Assembly (NCBI GenBank): GCA_029932605.1
Contig: JAOZPT010000015.1
Coordinates: forward strand, 1 to 42,742
Length of the DNA stretch: 42,742 nucleotides
Direction of reading: 5' to 3'
DNA from: Candidatus Zixiibacteriota bacterium
Lineage (GTDB): Bacteria; Zixibacteria; MSB-5A5; UBA10806; 4484-95
Below the pieces are notes generated by a model. That model saw nothing but the letters and a program-made list of their open reading frames with translations. It had not been told where the DNA came from and ran no database searches. Each line of letters begins with the position of its first letter. Position 1 is the first letter of the stretch. Both the position numbers and the translations under genes were made by a program. Positions 9,662 to 18,423 of the stretch are shown piece after piece.

Positions 9662-10335
9662 TTAGATTAACGATTAACGGTTTAGAAATATCAGTTGAGG
9701 AAGGCACAACTATACTTGAAGCAGCAAAATTTTATGGTTTTCCCATCCCGACCTTATGCTATATGGAGGGACTTTCACCTTACGGCGCTTGCCGGCTCTG
9801 TGTTGTGGAAATAGGAGAGGGGCCTAAAGCCAGATTGGTTACATCGTGTACCTACCCGGTAGAGGAGGGACTTAAAGTAAGAACTGCCTCATCTCGTGTC
9901 ATTAAAGCCCGTAAGATGATTTTAGAGCTTCTTCTGGCTTCATGTCCCCAATCAAAAACCATTCAGGACCTCGCCGCAGCCCATAATGTACGTCGGCAAC
10001 GCTTCAAACAAGAATACGAAGATTGCATACTATGCGGGCTGTGTGTTCGAATGTGTGAAGAGCAGATGATGGCAAAGGCCATCGGTTTCCAGGGGCGAGG
10101 TGAAAATAGAAGCATCGGCACACCGTTTAATATTAAGTCGGATATTTGCCGATTGTGTGGTGGGTGTATTTACATCTGTCCCGCTTGTCAATTAAGATGC
10201 ACTTACACTGAACCAGAAAAGGCGATTTGTGGTGGTTGCGCAAACCTGAGCCCACCTTGTTTGGAAAAAGAACAATTTGATGATATGATGTGCTACATGG
10301 AACCCTGTGTTGCATGTGAAATAAAGAAAGATTAA
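9658..10335 (+). CDS. NuoG/HydA-N-terminal-like (HoxU-like) Fe-S subunit with a Cys-rich C-terminal tail
   Basis: IPTLC...GACRLCVVE...TSC [2Fe-2S]; CILCGLCVRMC and CRLCGGCIYICP [4Fe-4S]; ATGA overlap with the previous gene. Confidence 0.9.
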   Translation: MIRLTINGLEISVEEGTTILEAAKFYGFPIPTLCYMEGLSPYGACRLCVVEIGEGPKARLVTSCTYPVEEGLKVRTASSRVIKARKMILELLLASCPQSKTIQDLAAAHNVRRQRFKQEYEDCILCGLCVRMCEEQMMAKAIGFQGRGENRSIGTPFNIKSDICRLCGGCIYICPACQLRCTYTEPEKAICGGCANLSPPCLEKEQFDDMMCYMEPCVACEIKKD

Positions 10336-10358
10336 GAACAGTTATGGAGGATAGAACA

Positions 10359-11945
10359 ATGCCAACAACGTTTTCGAGAATCAACTCTTCAGCAGCAACA
10401 TTAACAAAAAATAGGACAGAAGGATCGGTAACGCCTTCATCTGGCATGTGCGTTACATGTGTTGATGGTTGCATCGGCATGTGCGAAATTGGCAAATCTG
10501 CCTACAGGGGCCATGAGGTAATATACCCACAACCTTTCGGTGTTATTACCACCGCCGCTGAGAAAACTTATCCTGTCGATTACTCGCATTTTAATATCAT
10601 GGGGACTGCGGTTGGGGCCTATGGTATCGAAGCTGACAGTGATAAAGCCATATTTCCGGCAGTGAATCTCGAGGTTCGTATCGGTCACGATAAAGGTATA
10701 AAGTTCCGTTACCCGTGGATAATTCCCGGTATTGGCTCAACTGATGTTGCTAAGAACAACTGGGAGGGATTAGCAATAGGTTCAGCTTTAGCAGGAACGG
10801 GCTTGACGATTGGCGAAAATGTTGGCGGTATGGATATGGAATCGGTAATCAAGAAAAATCGAATATTCGATACTGTCGATCTTAAGCGACGTGTAAAGCT
10901 CTACAAGGATTATCAGAGAGATGGTTATGGTGCTATTATCGTTCAGGCCAATGTCGAGGACACTCGCCTTGGGGTGCAGGAATATGCTATCGAAAAACTT
11001 GGTGTTGAAATAGTCGAGCTCAAGTGGGGCCAGGGAGCCAAGGATATCGGTGGTGAGGTAAAAATAAAAAGTCTTGAGAAAGCCAAGATGCTTTATGAGC
11101 GCGGTTATATTGTCTTACCAAACCCTACGAATCCGGATGTGATTAAAGCCTTTGAGAAAGGTTCATTCAAAGAATTTGAACGCCATTCCCGTGTTGGAAT
11201 GGTTAGTGAAGAATCTTTTGCACAAAGAGTTGAGGAGTTACGTAAAGCCGGTGCAAAATATATCTTTTTAAAAACCGGTGCTTACAGACCGGCTGACCTG
11301 GCACGGGCAATAAAATTTGCATCCAAGTATAAACTTGACCTTCTCACAGTTGATGGTGCGGGTGGTGGAACCGGTATGAGTCCTTGGAGGATGATGAATG
11401 AATGGGGTGTGCCGCCAGTGGAACTGCACTCACTTTTGTATCAATATGCTAAACGTTTGCATGAACAGGGTGAATATGTGCCAGCGCTTGCATTGGCAGG
11501 TGGATTTACACTTGAAGACATGATCTTCAAAGGCCTGGCGCTTGGGGCGCCATTTGTAAAATTGATTGGAATGGCTCGGGCCCCGATTGCCGCCGCTATG
11601 GTTGGAAAAACTATAGGTATTAGCATAGAAAATCACCAAATACCAGTGTATATAGAACGCTTTGGAACTACAAAGGATGAAATCTTTGTAACTTCCGGTG
11701 AACTTCGACATGAGTTGGGAAATAAAGAGTTTGATGGACTCCCATCTGGAGCTATAGGATTATATACCTATTATGAGCGTTTAGCCCAGGGATTGCGACA
11801 GCTTATGTGTGGTTGCCGGAAATTTACACTAGAACACATTGCGCGTAATGACATTGCGGCCCTCACACCTGAAGCAGCTAAAATCAGTGGAATTCCTTAT
11901 GTGATGGATATTGATAAAGCGGATGTCAATGATATTTTAAAATAA
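10359..11945 (+). CDS. FMN-binding glutamate synthase family protein (stand-alone synthase domain, no glutaminase domain)
   Basis: ELKWGQGAK..GG, VDGAGGGTG and LAGG..KGLALGA FMN-barrel motifs of GltB; N-terminal CVTCVDGCIGMC; GGAGG RBS favours ATG 10359 over 10344. Confidence 0.88.
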   Translation: MPTTFSRINSSAATLTKNRTEGSVTPSSGMCVTCVDGCIGMCEIGKSAYRGHEVIYPQPFGVITTAAEKTYPVDYSHFNIMGTAVGAYGIEADSDKAIFPAVNLEVRIGHDKGIKFRYPWIIPGIGSTDVAKNNWEGLAIGSALAGTGLTIGENVGGMDMESVIKKNRIFDTVDLKRRVKLYKDYQRDGYGAIIVQANVEDTRLGVQEYAIEKLGVEIVELKWGQGAKDIGGEVKIKSLEKAKMLYERGYIVLPNPTNPDVIKAFEKGSFKEFERHSRVGMVSEESFAQRVEELRKAGAKYIFLKTGAYRPADLARAIKFASKYKLDLLTVDGAGGGTGMSPWRMMNEWGVPPVELHSLLYQYAKRLHEQGEYVPALALAGGFTLEDMIFKGLALGAPFVKLIGMARAPIAAAMVGKTIGISIENHQIPVYIERFGTTKDEIFVTSGELRHELGNKEFDGLPSGAIGLYTYYERLAQGLRQLMCGCRKFTLEHIARNDIAALTPEAAKISGIPYVMDIDKADVNDILK

Positions 11946-12060
11946 CAGAACAAACTAGCATTAGCTGAAACTAAATGTTGATCAACGAACCAGACATTGA
12001 GATTCTCCTATTAGGGTGATTTTCACCTTTTATCTTAATTGGCAAGTTGGTTGACATACG

Positions 12061-12089
12061 GCCCCGATGTCCTTTTTTTGCATCGGGGT
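12061..12089. terminator. Stem-loop, probable terminator of the gdh operon
   Basis: GCCCCGATG-11 nt-CATCGGGGT inverted repeat about 115 bp after the operon. Confidence 0.5.
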
Positions 12090-12638
12090 CGTTCTATAAT
12101 TGGTAATTGCCTATATTCGCACGTTGAAACCAAACCTGTTTGATAATGTTGTAAAGAAAGCTATCGACCAGATACAAAAATTCAAGTATTCACGAAATTA
12201 TGTAAAAGAACTTCAAATTTCAAAATTGGTCCTAATCCCTGGCAATTGAAAACACCAGACACTAAAAGATAATGACAGCAATAAGTTAGCTTAACCTTTT
12301 ATATACTGTTTTGGTTAATTCTATCAGGAAATTGTTAGAAAGTGTAATCGGTAGCTGCTAATCGTGCCAGCTGATTATAACCCGAACAGTGACACGACAA
12401 GGAGAGTGGAGTTTTGAATCCTTCGAAGACTTGCTATAGGTGCGATTCTCGTTAAAGCCCTGCATTTTTGGCTATCTGTATCGGAACCTCGGGTTTTTCG
12501 TTCTTGGGTTCGTAATTTCGCCTTTGGGATTTTAGGACGTGCCACGTTTCGTAGATCAAGCAATTGTACTTTGGTGAGCCAGTTCACTTTTTTAATTGAA
12601 TACGATATACGAAATTTCTAACCATTTTCCAACCGCGA

Positions 12639-12685
12639 ACTTCACTTAACTTAATGTTACTTAACTGAACTTAACACTACTTAAC
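12639..12685 (+). repeat. Five direct repeats phased at 10 bp (ACTTAAC consensus)
   Basis: ACTTCAC 12639, ACTTAAT 12649, ACTTAAC 12659, 12669 and 12679. Confidence 0.8.
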
Positions 12686-12690
12686 TTTCG

Positions 12691-12780
12691 CAAGTCTTTG
12701 ATTTCTATGAAATTACTGCTATTTGATTTATCTGTTGAAGATTAGCAAAAAGGCCTGTCGAAGATTCCCAGTCTCTCCGC
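12691..12780 (+). mobile_element. Possible att-site remnant (IHF site plus tRNA-3'-end-like fragment)
   Basis: CAAGTCTTTGATT (reverse IHF consensus) at 12691-12703; GATTCCCAGTCTCTCCG at 12763-12779 matches the 3' end of the tRNA-Ser in this window at 14/17. Confidence 0.35.
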
Positions 12781-13088
12781 TTGTTTTTTTACTAATTATG
12801 CAACATATTTTTTGACAACGGATTATGAGGATATATATCCAGCTAAAAACATGGGTAGCCATCCAGGATTCTAATTATAAGTATTTGCTTTATATAAGCA
12901 AAAAACTACAAACAGTCTTCTTGTAACCGAGTTAGGTCCTGAAATAGCGTAATTGGCGTAGGATAGCCGTAATAAATGTCTTATTAGCAACTTGAGATTT
13001 TAAGGCAATTGCGGTCATGAAAAGCTGGATTTGAAAAGAACCTTTATGAGTATTCTGTAAAATCCGTTCTCTGCAATAACATGCTCAT

Positions 13089-13508
13089 CTACGCTTCCTT
13101 TTTTGACGATTTTTCAAGAAACGAGATTACCGATAAAAGCTTCTGGCGAACCTCCTCGGCAATCGGTCTTATCGCATCGTTACCCACAATTGACATTGCT
13201 ACTACGGGGTCGATTGCTGTAACCCTAGTTTTACCTTCCGAAGTTTCGTAAATGATGACATTACACGGTAGAAGTAAACCGATTTCCTCCTCCTTCGACA
13301 ACACCTTGTATGCCAACGGTGGATTACAGGCCCCAAGTATACGATATCTTTTGAAATCGACACCCAGTTTTCTTTTCAATGTCTCTTTCACGTCGATTTC
13401 GGTCAGAATCCCAAATCCCTGATCCTTCAAGCAAGCAATGGCTTGGGTGATCGCGTCGCTAAAATCGAGCTTAAGTTCAGTGCTTATGCCGTATTTTGTC
13501 CTGTCCAT
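13089..13508 (-). CDS. DUF302 domain protein
   Basis: GFGILTEIDVKETLK, YRILGACNPPLA, IGLLLPCNV signature. Confidence 0.88.
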   Translation of the reverse strand: MDRTKYGISTELKLDFSDAITQAIACLKDQGFGILTEIDVKETLKRKLGVDFKRYRILGACNPPLAYKVLSKEEEIGLLLPCNVIIYETSEGKTRVTAIDPVVAMSIVGNDAIRPIAEEVRQKLLSVISFLEKSSKKEA

Positions 13509-13733
13509 GTCACTTCCTTTTTATAAGAACGAGCCGACAACTAACACTTCCAGTTCATCTTGGCTCGTTCATTAAACTACTTGTCATGCCTTATACAATA
13601 AGCCATGCTTGGATTTTGCTTTATGCGTATTTGCAAATATGTTACTATAGTAATTATGATGAATAGCTTTTAATACATCAGCTTTGCAGTCGACTTTCTG
13701 ATTGGATAGTAGATGTTTTAACATTAAGTTTAT

Positions 13734-13895
13734 TTACTTCTCCGGTGAGAACTCATCCTTGCCTGCACCGCACTCGGGGCAAACAAAATCATCGGGTAAA
13801 TCCTCAAAAAGCGTACCTGGATTAATTCCTTCTTCAGGGATCCCTTCTGCCGGGTCGTAGATCCAGCCGCAAACATTGCAAACGTATTTAATCAT
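13734..13895 (-). CDS. rub: Rubredoxin (53 aa; absent from the ORF track)
   Basis: Manual translation [53 protein letters not shown]; two CxxC; GAAGGAGG RBS. Confidence 0.95.
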   Translation of the reverse strand: MIKYVCNVCGWIYDPAEGIPEEGINPGTLFEDLPDDFVCPECGAGKDEFSPEK

Positions 13896-13952
13896 CCAGC
13901 CTCCTTCATTGATTAAAGATTTGATCTATGGTTCTATACAAATATTTTCATC

Positions 13953-14409
13953 TTAAATATCTTGAGCAATTTTTTTTGCCTTCTCGCCAAGCGTTCTACC
14001 CACTGTCCGGCACTCATTTAACAGTTCCGATGTTGGCTTGTATCGTGATTTGATAGATTCATTTATTATATATTCCATTTCATACTCTTAAAGTATTCTT
14101 CTATCGCCTCCGGAGCTCCTCTACCCCAACCATACGAACCAAAGGCAAAACCTGCCTTGTTTTCCGGTCTTAATTCTTTCAAATAAGTCAAGACAGCTAC
14201 TGCCATTGGCATCATACCACCGTTAAGTGTAGATGACCCAAACGCGATGCATACGGCTTTTTTACTGTGTCTATCAGCACTGAATTATCATCTTGTATCA
14301 GATAGGCATTATAAGTAACGCCGTGTTCGGTTTTAAAACTGTGAAAGTCACGAACCGTCCAGTCAACATATCCAACCTGGTTAATATTCTTTCGCAGTAT
14401 TGTATCCAT
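13953..14409 (-). pseudogene. fprA: Flavodiiron protein (FprA/Roo) pseudogene with a large internal deletion and frameshift
   Basis: N-terminus MDTIL..VGYVDWTVRDFHS..GVTYNAYLI..LIDTVK is joined out of frame near 14250 to the flavodoxin C-terminus IAFGSSTLN..KAGFAFGSYGWG. Confidence 0.85.
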
Positions 14410-14548
14410 TTGATTTTTTTTGTTATCTCCTTTAATCGTTGCTTTTTTCAGAACCATATCATCTTGCTTACCACCTCGGCTGAGAACTGAGGTTTACATA
14501 AATTAGAAAGGAGACTGGTATTACTATTACTAATCTTGCATATAGCTT

Positions 14549-15124
14549 TTACCAGTTCTCGGCTAAAAGTTCAAAATGTGCTTGAGGATGGGCACAGGCC
14601 GGACAGACTTCCGGAGCCTCTTCACCTTCATGAAGAAAACCACAGTTTTTGCATCTCCAGACGACCTTTTTAGTTTTCTTGAACACCGTTCCTTCTTCTA
14701 TATTTTTCAACAATCCGAGATAGCGTTTTTCATGCTGTTTTTCAGCTACTGCAATAGCTTCGAACACCCTGGCAATAACATCAAAACCTTCCTCACGGGC
14801 AACCCTGGCGAATTCGGGATACATGTTTTCCCATTCGTAATGTTCGCCACTGGATGCTGATTTGAGATTCTCAGCAGTGCTTCCTATGACGCCGGCCGGG
14901 AAAGAGGCCTGAACTTCAACGTCGCCACCCTGGAGAAACTTGAACAATCTCTTGGCATGTTCTTTTTCCTGGTTGGCAGTCTCCTCGAAAATACTCGATA
15001 TCTGAACGAACCCCTCCTTTTTGGCTTGGCTGGCAAAATATGTATATCGATTCCTCGCTTGGGATTCACCAGCAAAAGCGGTTAACAAATTTTTCTCCGT
15101 TTTGGTTCCTTTCAGGTTTGACAC
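14549..15124 (-). CDS. rbr: Rubrerythrin
   Basis: AFAGESQARNRY, EKEHA, EKQHEKRY, C-terminal CKNCG..CPAC rubredoxin domain. Confidence 0.96.
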   Translation of the reverse strand: MSNLKGTKTEKNLLTAFAGESQARNRYTYFASQAKKEGFVQISSIFEETANQEKEHAKRLFKFLQGGDVEVQASFPAGVIGSTAENLKSASSGEHYEWENMYPEFARVAREEGFDVIARVFEAIAVAEKQHEKRYLGLLKNIEEGTVFKKTKKVVWRCKNCGFLHEGEEAPEVCPACAHPQAHFELLAENW

Positions 15125-15144
15125 AAAAATCCTCCTTCATTTTT

Positions 15145-15867
15145 TTATTTTTCAAATGCATTTTCTGTTTTCCAGACCTTCCAGACTTTACCGACTAAAT
15201 CAGGTCCTGGTTTAAGCGTGGGTTTTCCCGGTTTCCAGCCAGATGGTGTGGCCTCACCTGTTTCACGTACATGCTTGAATGCTTGGACCTGTCTTATAAG
15301 TTCGCTGACGTTACGACCCACCGGTGGAGTTAATATTTCCATTGCTTGAATTACACCATCCGGATCGATAAGGAACCGGCCTCTTATATCAACTCCTGCT
15401 TCTTCATCATAGACACCGTACACTTTACCGATCCTGCCTCCCTGATCTGAAAGCATAGGATATGGAACGCCACCGGAAACCATCTTGGAAAGTTCTTCTT
15501 CTTGCCAGATTTTATGAGTAAAATGGCTATCAGTGCTCATTGAAAGCACCTGAACTCCGAGTTTTTTGAGTTCATTATATTTAACAGCAACTGCCGTTAA
15601 TTCTGTGGGTCAGACAAACGTAAAATCGCCAGGATAAAAACATAGAACAACCCACTGTCCTTTATAATTGGATAGTTTGATATTTTTAAATGCACCATCA
15701 ACATAAGCGTTTGCTTCGAAATCGGGTGCAGGTTTACCAACTCGAGCTAACATCTTTAAATCTCCTCCTTTCTGTTTTACCTCATCCTGTAGTAAATCAT
15801 CGGTGTCATCCAGATCTACCGGTCCTTTTGCAGGTTGAACACACGATTGTTTTTCATCCTTATTCAT
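15145..15867 (-). CDS. prxU: Selenocysteine-containing peroxiredoxin (PrxU-like); in-frame UGA at 15610-15612 read as Sec
   Basis: ORFs 15610..15918 and 15145..15549 are one frame: [26 protein letters not shown] sits at the peroxidatic Cys of DFTFVCPTE; a SECIS-like hairpin follows. Confidence 0.92.
15581..15600 (-). promoter_or_regulatory. Bacterial SECIS-like stem-loop
   Basis: mRNA UUAACGGC-AGUU-GCUGUUAA begins 9 nt after the UGA; 8-bp stem with one G-U pair and a G-containing apical loop. Confidence 0.75.
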
Positions 15868-15883
15868 ATTTACTTTTCCTTTT

Positions 15884-16405
15884 TCAAGTACTTTGCTCTG
15901 ATTGCCCGGGTGGCACAAAGGTTCGTGTCCCCAGTTCGCGGTTTATCATGAATATCCCCTGCCCTTTTTCACCAACCAGCTTAAGTTGCTGAACAATTTC
16001 ATCCACAGAAGCTTCCTCTTCAACCTGCTCGTTGACAAACCAGTCCAAAAATACCTGAGTAGCCCGGTCTTTTTCTTCGATTGCCTCATAAACAAGATCA
16101 TTTATACAACCGGTTATATGTTGTTCGTGTTTGTATGCGGACTCAAAAGCGGCCAATGGCGAATCCCATTTATCGGGTGGTTCATCGATCTGCTGGAGCT
16201 TAACCGTACCCTGCCGTTCATTAAGGAAATCAAAGATTTTTGTAGCATGGAACAATTCTTCCTGTGTCTGGACTTTCATCCAGTTGGCGAAGCCTTTAAG
16301 ATTTATTGTTTCAAACCAAGCCGACATCGACAGATAGAGGTACGCTGAATATAATTCCTCTCTTATCTGGCCATTTAAAGCTTCTTCCATTTTTTTGTTG
16401 ATCAT
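15884..16405 (-). CDS. ftnA: Non-heme ferritin
   Basis: [24 protein letters not shown] and [10 protein letters not shown] ferroxidase motifs. Confidence 0.95.
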   Translation of the reverse strand: MINKKMEEALNGQIREELYSAYLYLSMSAWFETINLKGFANWMKVQTQEELFHATKIFDFLNERQGTVKLQQIDEPPDKWDSPLAAFESAYKHEQHITGCINDLVYEAIEEKDRATQVFLDWFVNEQVEEEASVDEIVQQLKLVGEKGQGIFMINRELGTRTFVPPGQSEQST

Positions 16406-16514
16406 TTATTTTCTCCTTAAAACTGAAGTGAACATAATCTACATTAATGTACGATCGTTTTAATGTTACTGCAGCTTAAAAAAATAAGCATAGGTTTTTT
16501 TCTATATAAAAAAA

Positions 16515-16967
16515 TCAATCCTCCTTTAAAACATAATCATCGTATTCGACCTCGAAGCGTAGTTTATGCTTGGCTTCTTCCTGGGCAAGGTCAAGCAATG
16601 TGCTCCTCAGGTGTTCATTATCAATTACTGATGCGAGGTCGTTATAAAGCCTGTAAGCCGCCTTTTCAGCTTTCATAGCTATAATAAGTGCCTCTTGATA
16701 ACTAAGATTAGAATCTAAATCGACATCGACTAAATGATCACCAATTTTAAGATCCAGGATTTTTTGTTCTGAACCAATCATTAACTTACCTTCTTTAGCG
16801 GCCAGAAGCTTGGCTTTATGATCTTTCTCCTCTTGAGCAAATTCTTCGAATAACTTTTTCATATTATGTCTATTCATTTTGCTGGCTAAATCGGTATAGA
16901 ACTGAAATGCTTCTTCTTCTTTCTTGATCGCATAATCTAATATCTGGTCAACTGATTCAAAATTCAT
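16515..16967 (-). CDS. Ferritin-like diiron protein of the rubrerythrin family (erythrin-like, no rubredoxin domain)
   Basis: AIKKEEEAFQFY...EEKDH and AMKAEKAAYRLY...EEAKH repeats. Confidence 0.85.
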   Translation of the reverse strand: MNFESVDQILDYAIKKEEEAFQFYTDLASKMNRHNMKKLFEEFAQEEKDHKAKLLAAKEGKLMIGSEQKILDLKIGDHLVDVDLDSNLSYQEALIIAMKAEKAAYRLYNDLASVIDNEHLRSTLLDLAQEEAKHKLRFEVEYDDYVLKED

Positions 16968-17037
16968 GCTATTCTCCTATTAGGATGTTTTGTTTGTTAT
17001 AATGGATAACCATCACCTTATCATCAAAAATAAATTT

Positions 17038-17412
17038 TTAGGCTTTCCACAGACCATGAATATTGCAATACTCCCGAGCCGTAATTCTGTCGGCTTTTAT
17101 CTCAAATAAAGCCTCTGGAGTATCACCCGGGGTTAAGAACTCCCTGTATGCTTTGCCGTCAGCAATGACCTCGATCCATTCGATATGGTGTTTATCTTCC
17201 ATCGGATGAGCAACACTGCCAACCTTTACTTTAAAACCATCAGCGGTTTTTTCAATTACGGGAACATGCTTTTCAGTTGCGGCATCGGTTGTATTCTCGG
17301 TCTTGAGTGTCATTGGTTGACCACAGCAGACAAGCTGACCGGCGCCAGTATGAATGACCTCGACTATGTTCCCGCATATCTGGCACTCATAAACCTGTAA
17401 TTTCTCAGTCAT
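17038..17412 (-). CDS. dfx: Desulfoferrodoxin (2Fe superoxide reductase)
   Basis: CQICGN..VCCG desulforedoxin domain; [25 protein letters not shown]. Confidence 0.96.
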   Translation of the reverse strand: MTEKLQVYECQICGNIVEVIHTGAGQLVCCGQPMTLKTENTTDAATEKHVPVIEKTADGFKVKVGSVAHPMEDKHHIEWIEVIADGKAYREFLTPGDTPEALFEIKADRITAREYCNIHGLWKA

Positions 17413-17432
17413 TTTAATCCTCCTTTAAGATT

Positions 17433-17954
17433 TTACCCTTGTTTAAGTTTCCTTATTGCCTTAAGCACTTCGTCATAATCAGGTTCAGAGGCGGTTTCCC
17501 TAACGTATTGAATATACTGGACCTTATTGTCAGTATCAATGACGAATACAGTCCTGGCCAATAATCTCAGTTCTTTTATCAGAACGCCGTAGGTTGTGCC
17601 AAAAGCACCATCACGATGGTCAGACAACAGATGGATATTTTTCACACCGGCTTCTTCGCACCATCTCTTCTGCGCAAAAGGCAAATCCATGCTGATAGTC
17701 AGGATTACAACATCATCGCCCAGCTTTTTGGCCTCATTGTTAAACCGTTTGGTCTCGATATCGCAGATCTGAGTATCCAGAGATGGAACAGTCGAAATCA
17801 CAATAATTTTCCCTTTAAATGATGATAATCTTACCGATTCCATATCGCTATTTATAGCTTCAAAATCAGGTGCAATATCTCCAACTTTGATTTCTTGGCC
17901 TAAAAGTGTTAACGGTTTGCCTTTCATCTCTATTATGCCGGTTCTTTCATTCAT
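17433..17954 (-). CDS. tpx: Thiol peroxidase (atypical 2-Cys Prx)
   Basis: PSLDTQIC, SMDLPFAQKRWC, LLARTVFVID, EPDY. Confidence 0.95.
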   Translation of the reverse strand: MNERTGIIEMKGKPLTLLGQEIKVGDIAPDFEAINSDMESVRLSSFKGKIIVISTVPSLDTQICDIETKRFNNEAKKLGDDVVILTISMDLPFAQKRWCEEAGVKNIHLLSDHRDGAFGTTYGVLIKELRLLARTVFVIDTDNKVQYIQYVRETASEPDYDEVLKAIRKLKQG

Positions 17955-17979
17955 AAGCTTCTCCTGTTTTTATTAATTA

Positions 17980-18411
17980 TTAAGTATTTTTTAATTTATA
18001 AGCCTTTTTGGAAGATTTTATGCATTTAGGACATACTCCAAAAAAATCTAACTTATATCTTAAGACCTTATATTTGGTTAAGTTGCTTGCTATCTTTTCC
18101 AAACCCTTTTCGGGGAAATTAAATATGTCGTCTACGCGACCGCATTGTATACAACGGATATGATGATGTTTTTTTGTATTAGCATCAAATCTATATATGC
18201 TATCGCTAAAATACAACCTTCTTATCACACCTGTTTTAACCAGAAGATTTAAATTGCGATAGACGGTTCCAAGGCTTATTTTGGGTATTCGTTTTTTAAC
18301 GACCCTGTATAATTCATCAGCGGTAGGATGAGAAGTCAGTTTTTTCAACTCTTCATAAACAACTCTTCGCTGATTGGTCATTCTACTTTTTTTAATTGAT
18401 TCTTTTTTCAT
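17980..18411 (-). CDS. perR: Fur-family regulator, PerR-like
   Basis: HPTADE, SLGTVYRNL, RFD, HHHIRCxxCGRVDD, CPKC; heads the antioxidant cluster. Confidence 0.8.
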   Translation of the reverse strand: MKKESIKKSRMTNQRRVVYEELKKLTSHPTADELYRVVKKRIPKISLGTVYRNLNLLVKTGVIRRLYFSDSIYRFDANTKKHHHIRCIQCGRVDDIFNFPEKGLEKIASNLTKYKVLRYKLDFFGVCPKCIKSSKKAYKLKNT

Positions 18412-18423
18412 ACGAAACCTTAT

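Noticed and set aside
5490..10335. Respiratory complex I or hydrogenase operon
   Set aside because: No membrane Nuo subunits, H-cluster motifs, NiFe large subunit or molybdopterin domain
12375..12587. 70-aa minus-strand ORF in the junction region
   Set aside because: No recognisable motif or RBS; probably spurious or a decayed remnant
12639..12685. Possible CRISPR array
   Set aside because: The repeat unit is 7 bp with 3-bp gaps; no spacers and no cas genes
14212..14457. 81-aa ORF as an independent gene
   Set aside because: It is the 5' fragment of the deleted fprA running out of frame
15868..15918. Upstream extension of the Prx ORF to 15918
   Set aside because: Overlaps the ferritin 3' end; ATG 15867 has a purine-rich RBS-like sequence
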